From: Gammaproteobacteria bacterium | GTDB taxonomy: Bacteria; Pseudomonadota; Gammaproteobacteria; Eutrophobiales; Eutrophobiaceae | DNA: 64,000 nt | Assembly (NCBI GenBank): GCA_030835405.1 | Contig: JAURPG010000065.1 | Coordinates: forward strand, 1,505 to 65,504 | Direction of reading: 5' to 3' | Part shown: piece by piece, positions 9,505 through 19,632 of the stretch | How the letters are laid out: each line of letters begins with the position of its first letter | Numbering within the stretch: position 1 is the stretch's first letter | The notes under the pieces: model-generated | What the model was told of the DNA's origin: nothing | Databases searched by the model: none | The model's input: only the letters and a program-made list of their open reading frames with translations | Made by a program: the position numbers and the translations under genes

Positions 9505-11310
9505 TTACTTGCCCAGATACTCATTCGTCCCATCATTAATACTATTGGCCCAGTCTATCCAGTAATTCCCTGGATCTGCTGCATAGTCATTATAGTCTCC
9601 TTGCACGGTAATACCGGGTATCTCAGGCACCCAGTCGCGTCGCAATAAATCATCGGGATTACCATAACGCGAGGCAAGGGCACGGACTTCAGGGTCAAAA
9701 CAGGTCTGTACAATGCCATGTTCAATGAGTGTGATCCAGTTGCCGGTATCGCGCAGGCGAACCTGATAGGTGGGCATCAGGTTATGGTGATGCATCCCGT
9801 GACCCACTGGCAGATCATGTTGCCGGCCAAATTCAAGAGATTTAGGTGACATCATGGTATTGCCCGGTTCCGGACCATTCTGGATCTCGGTACCAAAGGA
9901 CCAGTGAATCACCCCGCCGGCATTACGCTCGGAAAGGTTCTGACCGGTAAGGATCTCCTGGGGGTGTTTAAAATATTTTGGGTTGGTACCGGTGCCTGCC
10001 TCGTATAACCACCAGAAGCCAGGTTTTTTCTGGAACGGCCATAACATGGTATTAATATTGGGATACTCCATGGAGACACGCATCCCATCTCCGTATAATC
10101 CCCCGCCTACAATCTTATCAATATAACCCTCCTTCATATGTACTTCGATCCGAGCGTGATTAGTGGCATGGCTGTTGGTGGAGGCAATAATGCCATGGGT
10201 CCGGGTTTGTTTGGGTTCTATCCAGTTATCACTGATGGCCGGGTAATTGATCCGGGAATAGGGATAACGACCACTGGCCTGGCTGGGTAACATATATAAA
10301 TGTCCCTGCTGATAGGATCCGTCTCCCCAGCTCCTGGCCTCTTCCGGGGTGATATCGCTCCACAGTACGGTGCCTTCGGGATCGGATGCCTCATATCGAT
10401 CAGAATAGGCGAGGGGGTCGATGATCTTGCCTTCCAGCATCCGCCACACGTCCGCCGGGACATTGGGGACCTGGCTCATCAGATCATAGTGGTTCACATA
10501 GGTATAATTACCAATAAATTTTTCTCCCTGGTGTTTTAGGGAAGACTTGGTATTGGTACGGCCACCCGTCCGGTAAAATACCTTGTCCACTTCAGGGTGT
10601 TCATCCAGGTAGGCAATCACCGCATTGGATGCGGCAGACCAGTAATTACGGTCCAGTTCGGCCGTCTTTTCATTAGGATATGTCACCTCAGGCCAGGTGG
10701 CATGGTAATAGACAGGATCCGTTTTCTTTACAAATTCTTTATAGACATTAAAGTCCGGGAAGGCGCATAGCCGTTCACAAAACGAAGAGGATTCCTGTTG
10801 TCCGTCGCCTGCCTTAAACAAGGCCTTGGCATCGGCCAGGGCCTGCATGTCTTCTTTGGGTATATTGACCAGGTCGTTTTCAAAGATGATCCTGGCCTCC
10901 ACCTTGCGGGCCTCAAAGGCCTTTTGAATGGCTTGCTGGATCAGGGGGTCGGAATTCCAGGGTATGACGATTAAAACAATGTCACCCGGATCTGCAAGAC
11001 CCAGAGGGGTACGTCCGCCTTTTTGTGCAACAGCGGCCCTGGCCTGGGGCATCATTTCCTCTATGGTGTTAGGTTTCTTCAGGTAGTCCGGGAATCGTGC
11101 TTCTGGATAGGGGTTCTGTGGCCCAGGCCCTATTAAACCGGCCTCTTCGCGTAACCTGTCAATATCCGCTGGATTCCATGGGGCAAAGACCGCATTACGT
11201 TCTTCTGCCCGTTGTTTCAATTCTGCTTCACTCATCTCCTGGGCGAAACCGTGACCGGATATACCCGTGATTAAGAACAAAGATGAAAGAAAGTATTTAT
11301 TGAAAATCAT
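9505..11310 (-). CDS. secreted hypothetical protein (paralog B of 3806..5623)
   Basis: Signal peptide. Collinear with paralog A along its whole length. Confidence 0.7.
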   Translation of the reverse strand: MIFNKYFLSSLFLITGISGHGFAQEMSEAELKQRAEERNAVFAPWNPADIDRLREEAGLIGPGPQNPYPEARFPDYLKKPNTIEEMMPQARAAVAQKGGRTPLGLADPGDIVLIVIPWNSDPLIQQAIQKAFEARKVEARIIFENDLVNIPKEDMQALADAKALFKAGDGQQESSSFCERLCAFPDFNVYKEFVKKTDPVYYHATWPEVTYPNEKTAELDRNYWSAASNAVIAYLDEHPEVDKVFYRTGGRTNTKSSLKHQGEKFIGNYTYVNHYDLMSQVPNVPADVWRMLEGKIIDPLAYSDRYEASDPEGTVLWSDITPEEARSWGDGSYQQGHLYMLPSQASGRYPYSRINYPAISDNWIEPKQTRTHGIIASTNSHATNHARIEVHMKEGYIDKIVGGGLYGDGMRVSMEYPNINTMLWPFQKKPGFWWLYEAGTGTNPKYFKHPQEILTGQNLSERNAGGVIHWSFGTEIQNGPEPGNTMMSPKSLEFGRQHDLPVGHGMHHHNLMPTYQVRLRDTGNWITLIEHGIVQTCFDPEVRALASRYGNPDDLLRRDWVPEIPGITVQGDYNDYAADPGNYWIDWANSINDGTNEYLGK

Positions 11311-11568
11311 AATATCCCCCGAATGAATGATAATTGTGAGATGCCAATCCCTGACATCTTAAACCTTTGAGTGAAAGTGTATCTCAACTCATCGTCAGGA
11401 TAAAATCGCCAAGTGTGGAATAAATAAGGCATTGATAATTATGAATATTCTGATTTTAATAAATAGGCTCTAAATCTTGTTGCTAATGTGAGTAATAATG
11501 ATTTTTTATCATTAATTTAAAATTTTTGTTTCAATGTAATTTTTCAGATCTTTTGGAATGAGTTACTG

Positions 11569-12645
11569 ATGTTTACAATTTTGATGGAGGATGAAAGAAG
11601 ATTGAAGAAAACAGGCACGATTCTGGTTTGTATATGTGTAGTCTTATTTAGCCATATTTGCATCGCATGGGGTGAGCGCGGCCATAATATTGTGACACGT
11701 GTTGCGGTGAGGTTGTTGCCGATCTCAGAATCTTTCCAAATGACCACGCCGTTTCAGCGCAGGGAGTTCATGTTGGCTCATCTCTCTAATGTCCCGGATA
11801 TCGTCTGGCGGGCGGACAATATGTCTCGAAAAGAGAGAGGACTAAATAGCCCCACTCATTATATTAATCTGGATGCAGTCGTAGATAATCCACAGCAAAT
11901 CATGGATTTTTCTCTTGGGTATCATACGTTTTTCGACCTTGCGAAAAGTAAGGGTTTAAATCTGGTAACTAATGTAGGGACAGCCCCCTGGCGAGTGGAG
12001 CATTTACACAGGGAAATGACCAATGCATTAATCTCTGCCAGAGATTCCGACAGCGCGGAATTCATAAGGTATGTAAATCAGGCATTATTATACGCGGGTA
12101 TAATGGGCCACTTTGTTGCAGACCTGGCAAACCCTCACCATACCACTCGTAATCATGATGGTTACCTGACGGGTAACGGCGGGCTACATGCCTATTTTGA
12201 AACCCATGTGGTGAATGAACTGGATCTGACACTGGCAGAAGCAGTTATTCTGCGTGGCAGTCAACCTGATTACCTGGAAGAGCAGTTATTAAACGCTCAT
12301 CCTCTTTCAGAGCATGGTGAGATCAGGAGTGACCCGTTGAAATTAATCTTTGCATTGGTGTTAAACAGTTATCAAAATCTGGATCGTTTACATCAACTAG
12401 ATAAGCAACATTCAATTATTACCCAGAGTGATACAGGCAACCGGCCCGCAAAACGTAAACCAGCCAGGGTAGTAGTGGATGATTACCGGGAGTTTGTCAT
12501 TGAAAGGTTGGCCATAGGATCGGCCGTATTATCAGAGTTATGGAAACTGGCCTGGAACAGCGCCGGAGAGCCTGATTTATCCAGTTATCATAGTTTTGTC
12601 TACCCCGTAAGGCCGGATTTTATATATCCGGATTATCTCAATTAA
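11569..12645 (+). CDS. S1/P1 nuclease / Zn-dependent phospholipase C superfamily protein (secreted)
   Basis: The mature N-terminus 'AWGERGH', 'THYINLD' and 'GHFVADLANPHH' match the Zn-ligand motifs of P1 nuclease (WGALGH, HFID, HFIGDMTQPLH). Confidence 0.55.
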   Translation: MFTILMEDERRLKKTGTILVCICVVLFSHICIAWGERGHNIVTRVAVRLLPISESFQMTTPFQRREFMLAHLSNVPDIVWRADNMSRKERGLNSPTHYINLDAVVDNPQQIMDFSLGYHTFFDLAKSKGLNLVTNVGTAPWRVEHLHREMTNALISARDSDSAEFIRYVNQALLYAGIMGHFVADLANPHHTTRNHDGYLTGNGGLHAYFETHVVNELDLTLAEAVILRGSQPDYLEEQLLNAHPLSEHGEIRSDPLKLIFALVLNSYQNLDRLHQLDKQHSIITQSDTGNRPAKRKPARVVVDDYREFVIERLAIGSAVLSELWKLAWNSAGEPDLSSYHSFVYPVRPDFIYPDYLN

Positions 12646-12751
12646 TGACAGCCACTAGATACGTTAATTACTAATATATTTCTACTACATATTACTTTCA
12701 TTCTAAATTGTATGAATAAAACCCCTGATACTTTATACTGTCACGCCTTGG

Positions 12752-12828
12752 GCGCCTGTAGCTCAACTGGATAGAGTATCGGGCTTCGAACCCGAGGGTT
12801 GCAGGTTCGAGTCCTGCCAGGCGCGCCA
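12752..12828 (+). tRNA. tRNA-Arg (anticodon UCG)
   Basis: Cloverleaf folded by hand: acceptor GCGCCTG/CAGGCGC, anticodon loop CTTCGAA, T-loop TTCGAGT, encoded CCA. Confidence 0.85.
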
Positions 12829-12830
12829 TA

Positions 12831-12871
12831 CAAATAAAAATGTCCACATCGAGTGGGCATTTTTATTTGTG
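12831..12871 (+). terminator. long-stem terminator after tRNA-Arg (CAAATAAAAATG..CATTTTTATTTG)
   Basis: A 12-bp inverted repeat immediately follows the tRNA. Confidence 0.6.
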
Positions 12872-13354
12872 CTGAGGTGTTAAGTCAGGAAGAGAACCTC
12901 AAGGTTCGACAACTTTGCAGTGTGCAGGAATGATATATGGATGTATCGTTTACGGACCTAAGGATGGAAAAGTTGAACGCGCGAGGCGCGCCCCCGAAGG
13001 GGCGAGCGACATGGAGAAGGTGAGACCACAAAGCGGTCGAGAAGCTGGCCTGGGCCATGTCGCGAGTAGTCCTGACATGAGCGCCTAATACATTAAAGAT
13101 TTGTTGGATCTAATGACTGCATTGTGCCAGTAACAATATTTCAATCGACACTGATCCTGTTGATTTAGATTTCTTCGGGGGCATGACCTCTCCATATATT
13201 TTTTGTATATCTCCCGTGCCGTTTCCAGCCTCGAAACAGCGTATTGAGCCGATTATCGGTGCGTATAGATTTATCAGCGCTTATTAATTACCCAATTTAC
13301 GTACAAAACAGTCCCTGAAGAGTAGACTGTGGTTTCGAATAAAGGAGAAGAAGT

Positions 13355-14407
13355 ATGATCCAATCCATTAAAGGTAATGGGGGCAGGCCAACGGGCCCAC
13401 CCGATCTGTTTGAGATAATGAGCAAATTCAGTGGCGGAGGCCCCTCGCGCGGCCGGTTCAGCGGAGTCTTCGGCATCATTGCACTCCTGTTTCTGATTTG
13501 GGCAGCGATGACCTCATTTTATACAGTCCAGCCTGAGCAACGGGGGGTGGTGAAGCGGTTCGGCTCCGTCATCGGTATTACCGATCCCGGACTGCACTTC
13601 AAAATCCCCTTCGGTATCGACCAGATTCAGTTGGTGGCTACCGAGCGTGTACTCAAGCAAGAGTTTGGCTTTCGCACCCAGGACACTCGACAGGGTGAAC
13701 GCTCCACCTACAGCTCGGGTGGATTCGAAGACGAGTCATTGATGCTCACTGGCGATCTCAATATGATCGACGTGGAGTGGGTGGTCCAGTATCGCATCGA
13801 AGACCCAATCAAGTTTCTGTACCAGATGCGCGAACCTACCCGCACCCTGCGCGACATTTCCGAGTCGGTCATGCGCCGTATCGTTGGTAACATGCTTGGC
13901 TCCGAGGTGTTGACCATCGGCCGGGTGGAGATTCAGCAGAAGGCCGGTGATGAGATTCAGGACATACTCAATCAATACGATGCGGGCATACGCATTAGTA
14001 CCGTCGAAATGCAGGACGTGGTACCGCCCCCGGCCGTGCAACCAGCGTTCAACGAAGTCAATGAGGCGCGCCAGGAACGGGAGCGGATGATCAACGAAGC
14101 ACAAAAACACGTTAACCAGGAGATCCCCAACGCCGAGGGCGCCGCACTTCGCACCGTCGCCGAAGCGGAAGGTTACGCGACGGAACGGGTAAACCGGGCC
14201 GATGGTGAAAGCATAAGGTTCAGTGCTGTCCTGCTTGAATATCAGCAGGCCCCCAGAGTCACCCGTTCACGCCTGTATCTGGAGACCCTGAATGAGATCC
14301 TGCCTAACATAGGACAGGTACTCGTCGTACAGGAGGGGCAGGTGGGACCGCTCCCCTTACTCGATGTCAACCGTGAAAACATGCGTGATGCTGGAGGTGA
14401 CCGATGA
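13355..14407 (+). CDS. hflK: FtsH protease modulator HflK
   Basis: SPFH/band-7 domain. The N-terminus 'PPDLFEIMSKF' matches E. coli 'PPDLDDIFRKL'. The stop overlaps the hflC start. Confidence 0.9.
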   Translation: MIQSIKGNGGRPTGPPDLFEIMSKFSGGGPSRGRFSGVFGIIALLFLIWAAMTSFYTVQPEQRGVVKRFGSVIGITDPGLHFKIPFGIDQIQLVATERVLKQEFGFRTQDTRQGERSTYSSGGFEDESLMLTGDLNMIDVEWVVQYRIEDPIKFLYQMREPTRTLRDISESVMRRIVGNMLGSEVLTIGRVEIQQKAGDEIQDILNQYDAGIRISTVEMQDVVPPPAVQPAFNEVNEARQERERMINEAQKHVNQEIPNAEGAALRTVAEAEGYATERVNRADGESIRFSAVLLEYQQAPRVTRSRLYLETLNEILPNIGQVLVVQEGQVGPLPLLDVNRENMRDAGGDR

Positions 14408-15348
14408 AAATCACAATGCTCTCCATCGTCGTGGCCGTGCTTGCCATTGCAATCGGCTCCGTTACCGTCTATACCGTGGATGAAGCCGAACAGGCCATTG
14501 TGGTCCAGTTTGGCGAACCGATCGGTGATGTAATAAGCCAACCAGGCCTGAAGTTCAAGCTACCCTGGCAGAATGTCCGCTATTTCGACAAGCGCCTGCT
14601 GGTTTGGGATGGGGACGTTACTCAGATTCCGACGCTGGGCCGTGAGTTCATTCTCGTGGATACCACGGCGCGTTGGCGGATCACCGATCCACTGCTATTT
14701 CTGACCAGCGTCCGGGATGAAGCCGGTGCACGCACACGGCTAGATGACATCATCGACTCCGTGGTGCGCGATATGGTCTCCTCAACCGAGTTAGAAGAGA
14801 TTGTTCGCTCAAAGGATTGGGAAGTCGATGTCGATAACCTGAATGATCCCGCGCTAGCCGGACGCAGTGACGTTAACCTGCAAAGTCAACCAAAACTGGG
14901 TCGTGAACTACTGGAGGCCGGTATTCTGGAAAGGGCCCGGGATTCCATGCCTGCACTCGGGATCGAGCTGGATGATGTGCGAATCAAGCGGGTCAATTAC
15001 ATTGAATCCGTACGCCGCCAGGTGGAAAGCCGCATGATTGCTGAACGCCAATCCATTGCGGAACGTTTTCGCTCCGAAGGTCGGGGCCGCAGCCAGGAAA
15101 TCCTCGGTAATATGGAACGCGACCTTCAGCGCATCCGTTCCGAGGCCGCACGTGATGCCGAGAAGATCCGGGGTGAGGCAGACGCTGAGGCGACCCGGAT
15201 CTATGGCAAGGCATTCGGTGCTGATGCGGAGTTTTATTCCTTCTTCCGTACACTGGAAAGTTACCGGGTATTGGGCGAGAACAGCACCCTCATGCTGGGG
15301 GCCGACTCCGACTTTTTCCGCTACCTGGAACAGTCCCAGGTCGAGTGA
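14404..15348 (+). CDS. hflC: FtsH protease modulator HflC
   Basis: SPFH domain. The C-terminus 'DSDFFRYLE' matches E. coli HflC 'DSDFFRYMK'. Confidence 0.9.
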   Translation: MKITMLSIVVAVLAIAIGSVTVYTVDEAEQAIVVQFGEPIGDVISQPGLKFKLPWQNVRYFDKRLLVWDGDVTQIPTLGREFILVDTTARWRITDPLLFLTSVRDEAGARTRLDDIIDSVVRDMVSSTELEEIVRSKDWEVDVDNLNDPALAGRSDVNLQSQPKLGRELLEAGILERARDSMPALGIELDDVRIKRVNYIESVRRQVESRMIAERQSIAERFRSEGRGRSQEILGNMERDLQRIRSEAARDAEKIRGEADAEATRIYGKAFGADAEFYSFFRTLESYRVLGENSTLMLGADSDFFRYLEQSQVE

Positions 15349-15520
15349 ATACCCGCCTGCCAGACAAGCTGGTTAATTAAAAAGTACCAAGTGAATAGAG
15401 GGTTCTTGAAAATTGATATTTGCGGCTTTTGATTTTCAGAAAGATGTCCCCGGGACAGGTCCCGGGGACGTACAACAGTTTACTTAGTGCGAACCTTTTA
15501 GTCTGGATTCGAGACTGGAC

Positions 15521-16264
15521 TTATGCCGCCTTTTTGCTACTGACCCACTGCTCTAGCTCATCCGCACCACCGATATGTTGTCCATCAATGAAGATTTGTG
15601 GGAAGGTAGTTTTGCCAGAAATTGCACGAAGGCTGAGGTCGGTGTAATCCCGGTTCAACACCAGCTCTTCATAATCAATTTCCAGGGTATTTAGAAGTGT
15701 CTTTGCCCTTTCACAATGTGGACAGCCCTGTCGAGAGAGCACGCTTACATCCATTGGTTTTACAACATTCGGCGCGAGATAGTTCAACATGGTGTCAGCA
15801 TCTGAATTCTCAAACGGGTCTCCCGGTACTTCAGGCTCAACAAATAGCTTGTCGATAATGCCATCCTTGACCAGCATGGAGTAGCGCCATGATCTCATTC
15901 CAAAGCCCAGATCATCCTTGTTGACCAGCAATCCCATCTCATTTGTGAACTCACCAGTTCCATCAGGAATAAACCGGATATTATTGGCGTTTTGACTCTT
16001 CTGCCACTCATTCATGACGAAAGCATCATTCACCGATACACAGACAATCTCATCGATCCCATGTTTCTTGAATGTCTTCGCTAGCTGGTTATACCTGGGA
16101 ACATGCGATGATGAGCAGGTAGGGGTAAATGCCCCGGGTAATGAAAATACAATTACATTTTTACCTTTGAATAACTCAGAGCTGGTAACGTCTACCCATT
16201 CATGGCCTCGACGAGTTTTAAAGGTCACTTCTGGTACGGTCTGTCCTTCTTTTCTTGGTAACAT
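15521..16264 (-). CDS. peroxiredoxin (Prx5)-glutaredoxin hybrid peroxidase
   Basis: N-terminal 'PGAFTPTCS' peroxiredoxin motif and C-terminal 'CPHCERAK' glutaredoxin motif. Confidence 0.8.
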   Translation of the reverse strand: MLPRKEGQTVPEVTFKTRRGHEWVDVTSSELFKGKNVIVFSLPGAFTPTCSSSHVPRYNQLAKTFKKHGIDEIVCVSVNDAFVMNEWQKSQNANNIRFIPDGTGEFTNEMGLLVNKDDLGFGMRSWRYSMLVKDGIIDKLFVEPEVPGDPFENSDADTMLNYLAPNVVKPMDVSVLSRQGCPHCERAKTLLNTLEIDYEELVLNRDYTDLSLRAISGKTTFPQIFIDGQHIGGADELEQWVSSKKAA

Positions 16265-16291
16265 ATTATTTCTCCTTACTTGATTAAAAAA

Positions 16292-16762
16292 TTAATGCGC
16301 CAGCATGCTTCGCAGCATCCAGGCATTTTTTTCATGAATCTGCATACGTTGCGTCAGTAAATCTGCCGTGGGACCATCATTTACTTTCTCGGCCACTGGA
16401 ATGGCGTTACGAGAGGCACGGATAACCGCCTCCTGACCATTAATGAGGCTGCGGATCATATCCTCAGCATCAGGCACACCTTCTTCTTCCTCCACATCAG
16501 TCAATTCCATGAAGGCCTTGTAAGAACCTGGTGCAAATACACCCAGCGCCCTGATACGCTCAGCGATCTCATCAACTGCTAGGGCCAGTTCCTGATATTG
16601 TTCCTCAAACATCTGATGAAGTGTGTTAAACAAAGGCCCTGTCACATTCCAATGGTAGTTATGGGTCTTCAGATAAAGGGTATAACTATCAGCCAGCACC
16701 TTCGACAGGTTCTCGGCTATGGCTTGACGGTCACTGTCAGATATACCTGTATTCATTTGCAT
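16292..16762 (-). CDS. dps: Dps, DNA starvation/stationary-phase protection protein
   Basis: Ferritin-like Dps signature 'LKTHNYHWNVTGPLFNTLHQMFEEQY'. Confidence 0.85.
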   Translation of the reverse strand: MQMNTGISDSDRQAIAENLSKVLADSYTLYLKTHNYHWNVTGPLFNTLHQMFEEQYQELALAVDEIAERIRALGVFAPGSYKAFMELTDVEEEEGVPDAEDMIRSLINGQEAVIRASRNAIPVAEKVNDGPTADLLTQRMQIHEKNAWMLRSMLAH

Positions 16763-17097
16763 CGTTAATTTCCTTGTAAATTTTATTGTTCGATATCCTA
16801 AGGCAGATTAATTAATTAATAAAATTAATTAAAATAATATAAACGATGCATAAAAACTATCGCTCATTATAAAAGCTTCAGAGCCTTTTATTCAGGGTGT
16901 TACGAGGAGATGCATAGACTGTGGAGAACTTGCGAGGCTGGTTTGAGTTATGTGCCCATTAATGCAGCTAATTGCACTAAATCCTGTTATAAATTTTTAC
17001 TCTGACCCTAAAAAACGATCTGGTGACTGTAAGAAGACTGGTAATAACCAGGTATAGAAATTGTAATCTGATATTAGTTAGGGTCGTTCGTTATTGT

Positions 17098-17844
17098 TTA
17101 ATTCGCCGGGTACCAGCCCTTTAACCTGACCTCAATTGGTTTATTACCAGCATCCACTAATGCCTTGAACTGAGAAATATCCTGACCGCGATGATGGTAG
17201 GGATACACAATGGCCGGTTCAAATTCCAGCACGGCGCTGGCAGCCTGATTGATGTCCATGGTATAGGGCAGGTTCATACAGACAAAGGCGATATCGATAT
17301 CCGTTAATGCTCGCATTTCAGGAATATCTTCGGTATCACCTGATACATAGATATCCTTGTCCCCAAATGATAATACATAACCATTACCCCAACCCTTTGC
17401 ATGACGGGCACCTTCTTCAGGCAGGTTATACATGGGTACTGCCTTAACGGTGATCCCCTTGATTTCGTGGGATTCGCCATTGGCAAGGACCACTGTCTGG
17501 TTGGCATATACAGCAGGGAATTCATCGGCAACGGCCTGTGGAACGATGAATATTGCATCACTGGTATCTATATCCGCAAGTGTCTCAAGATCCATATGAT
17601 CATCATGGGGATGTGAAATCAGGATGAGATCAGGTTTATCATAATTTGCATACCTACCTGCACCCCCATAGGGATCAATAAAGATATCCATATTATTCCA
17701 TTTAAAGACGATGCTGCCATGGAGCACAGGGTAGATTTCCAGGTTTCCTGCACTTGTGGTTATCTGATCTGGGGCATTGGATAACTGTGCCTTAAGGATT
17801 ATTGGCTGCAGGGAGATAAAGATAATCAGGAATATTTGTTTCAT
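17098..17844 (-). CDS. MBL-fold metallo-hydrolase (secreted)
   Basis: 'HPHDDHMD' metal-binding motif and a signal peptide. Confidence 0.7.
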   Translation of the reverse strand: MKQIFLIIFISLQPIILKAQLSNAPDQITTSAGNLEIYPVLHGSIVFKWNNMDIFIDPYGGAGRYANYDKPDLILISHPHDDHMDLETLADIDTSDAIFIVPQAVADEFPAVYANQTVVLANGESHEIKGITVKAVPMYNLPEEGARHAKGWGNGYVLSFGDKDIYVSGDTEDIPEMRALTDIDIAFVCMNLPYTMDINQAASAVLEFEPAIVYPYHHRGQDISQFKALVDAGNKPIEVRLKGWYPAN

Positions 17845-17848
17845 AATT

Positions 17849-18205
17849 TTATTTTACTATTGTTTTCTTTTTTCCACTTTTATCAACATTGACAAAAGCA
17901 ATATGGGTTTCAAACAGGAGCTCATTGTTTTCGGAGTCGGTTTTCGAATTAAATACTTCGACCATATAACGAATGGAAGAACTGCCAAGATGCGACTCAG
18001 TCACCACAAAACACAGGATATAACCCACATCGATCGGTTTTCGGAACACCACGTTATCAAGACTGATGGTGACAAAGCGGTTTCCGGGGTAATCTAGGTT
18101 AGCCGTAATATAGGCAAATTCATCAATCCATTTCAGCAGGTAACCGCCAAATAAGGCGCCCTGGTCGTTCATGAACTCTGGCAGGACAAGTTTATAGTGG
18201 TTCAT
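17849..18205 (-). CDS. hotdog-fold acyl-CoA thioesterase (YciA-like)
   Basis: 'GALFGGYLLKWIDEFAYITAN..VTISLDNVVFRKPIDVGYIL' resembles YciA. Confidence 0.65.
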   Translation of the reverse strand: MNHYKLVLPEFMNDQGALFGGYLLKWIDEFAYITANLDYPGNRFVTISLDNVVFRKPIDVGYILCFVVTESHLGSSSIRYMVEVFNSKTDSENNELLFETHIAFVNVDKSGKKKTIVK

Positions 18206-18217
18206 AGGGTGGTAATA

Positions 18218-19114
18218 TTATTGGCGTTCTCGCTTTAATCTTTCCAGGTAAAGTCTTTCCCAACCTTCAACAATCCGGTAATACTCTTCTGGATTAATAA
18301 AAGGATTGATTTCGGGATTGGTTTTTAGTTTTTCAATCTTGTCCTCAAGATTAAACCAGTATCCATGGGCCCCCAGGAAGACATCCACGGGTAATGTCTT
18401 GGCCACTGCAAATGAGTAGGCAAAGTCCTTTGGCATCTCTGGATAATCGGGATGTCCAACCAACGGGCTGTTCTGGTCCATTCTCAGACCGCAAAGTAAT
18501 ACCAGGTCATACTGGCGCCCATCGTCTTCCACGGTGGTTGTCCAGGTGGTGCATCCCTTGGTGTGGCCAGATGTGAAGTGCGCCTGTAAGGCGATATCAC
18601 CCAGCGATACTACCTGTTTGTCGGTGATGAATTCATCTACTTCACCTTCATGCCACGGGTCACCCTCTCTGAAGTCTGCCACTCCTCCTGTTTCGATAAT
18701 CTCGGCATCAGGTTTTGATGCCATGACCTTTGCCCCGGTGACTTCCCTAAGCAAAGCGTGACCACCCACATGATCATGATGGGCATGGCTACTGAGAATA
18801 ATCTTCACATCCCGGATGTCAAAGCCGAGTTTTTCAACATTAGCCTGAATATCCGGGACAAACTCTTCATAGGTACTATCCATGATGATGTGCCCTGCAT
18901 CACTGGTGAACAGGTAAGAAGGGTTATGAGAGGTTTTACCAATGAAATAAATATTATCAATGATGTGAAACGGGTCTACGGCCTCGTGACGGACGGGGTC
19001 ATCTCCCCCAGGAGTGGGTGGGACCTGGGCAGTCAGTGTAGTCACATTGAATAGCCCATTAATAATTATTCCAGCAATAAATAATACTTTTAACGAGTAG
19101 CATGAAAATGACAT
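18218..19114 (-). CDS. subclass B3-like metallo-beta-lactamase fold hydrolase (secreted)
   Basis: 'HAHHDHVGG' (HxHxDH) motif and a signal peptide. Confidence 0.7.
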   Translation of the reverse strand: MSFSCYSLKVLFIAGIIINGLFNVTTLTAQVPPTPGGDDPVRHEAVDPFHIIDNIYFIGKTSHNPSYLFTSDAGHIIMDSTYEEFVPDIQANVEKLGFDIRDVKIILSSHAHHDHVGGHALLREVTGAKVMASKPDAEIIETGGVADFREGDPWHEGEVDEFITDKQVVSLGDIALQAHFTSGHTKGCTTWTTTVEDDGRQYDLVLLCGLRMDQNSPLVGHPDYPEMPKDFAYSFAVAKTLPVDVFLGAHGYWFNLEDKIEKLKTNPEINPFINPEEYYRIVEGWERLYLERLKRERQ

Positions 19115-19294
19115 GGTTTCTCCTACCAGAAGTAGTTTGTATGATTACCTGTGAGTAAGCCTAATGAGGAATTACGATTGAATCAATAATATTTGAATCA
19201 TCTTGAAAAAAAAAGATGCTCAATAATTCAGGTTTTAATGAATATATTTACTGTTTAATAGAAAACAGGAAAATATAGGGTGTGATGAAACGAA

Positions 19295-19630
19295 CTATTC
19301 AGCACAGCTAATGCAACGGCTGTTAGCTGGATCGAGTTCAAGACGACGGATATCGATCTCTTCATCACATACGGAGCAGTAGCCAAAGTCATTTTCTTCG
19401 ATACGTTTTAATGCAACCTTGATTTTTTGTAATTGCTGTTGCCTGCGGCGTTCACTTTCCTTTGCCATCTGTTGGCCCTGCATGGCATCCATGCGTGACA
19501 ACCTGCCAACTCGGGTCTGGTCCAATTCAACCGGCAGGGTGGAATCCTTTGCTACCTCATTCAGAGCCAGGATATCTGCTTGCATCTGAACCAGTCGTTG
19601 TTTGAATGTTTCCAATGAGTTTGGGTCCAT
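19295..19630 (-). CDS. DksA/TraR-family C4 zinc-finger protein
   Basis: C-terminal 'CSVCDEEIDIRRLELDPANSRCISCAE' (CxxC-17-CxxC) and a coiled-coil N-terminus. Confidence 0.7.
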   Translation of the reverse strand: MDPNSLETFKQRLVQMQADILALNEVAKDSTLPVELDQTRVGRLSRMDAMQGQQMAKESERRRQQQLQKIKVALKRIEENDFGYCSVCDEEIDIRRLELDPANSRCISCAE

Positions 19631-19632
19631 GA

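Noticed and set aside
12872-13100. 19-codon ORF 'MEKLNARGAPPKGRATWRR' in the tRNA-Arg/hflK gap.
   Set aside because: The ATG overlaps its only SD-like sequence with no spacing. The peptide is a translation of GC-rich inverted repeats, so an RNA structure is more plausible than a peptide.
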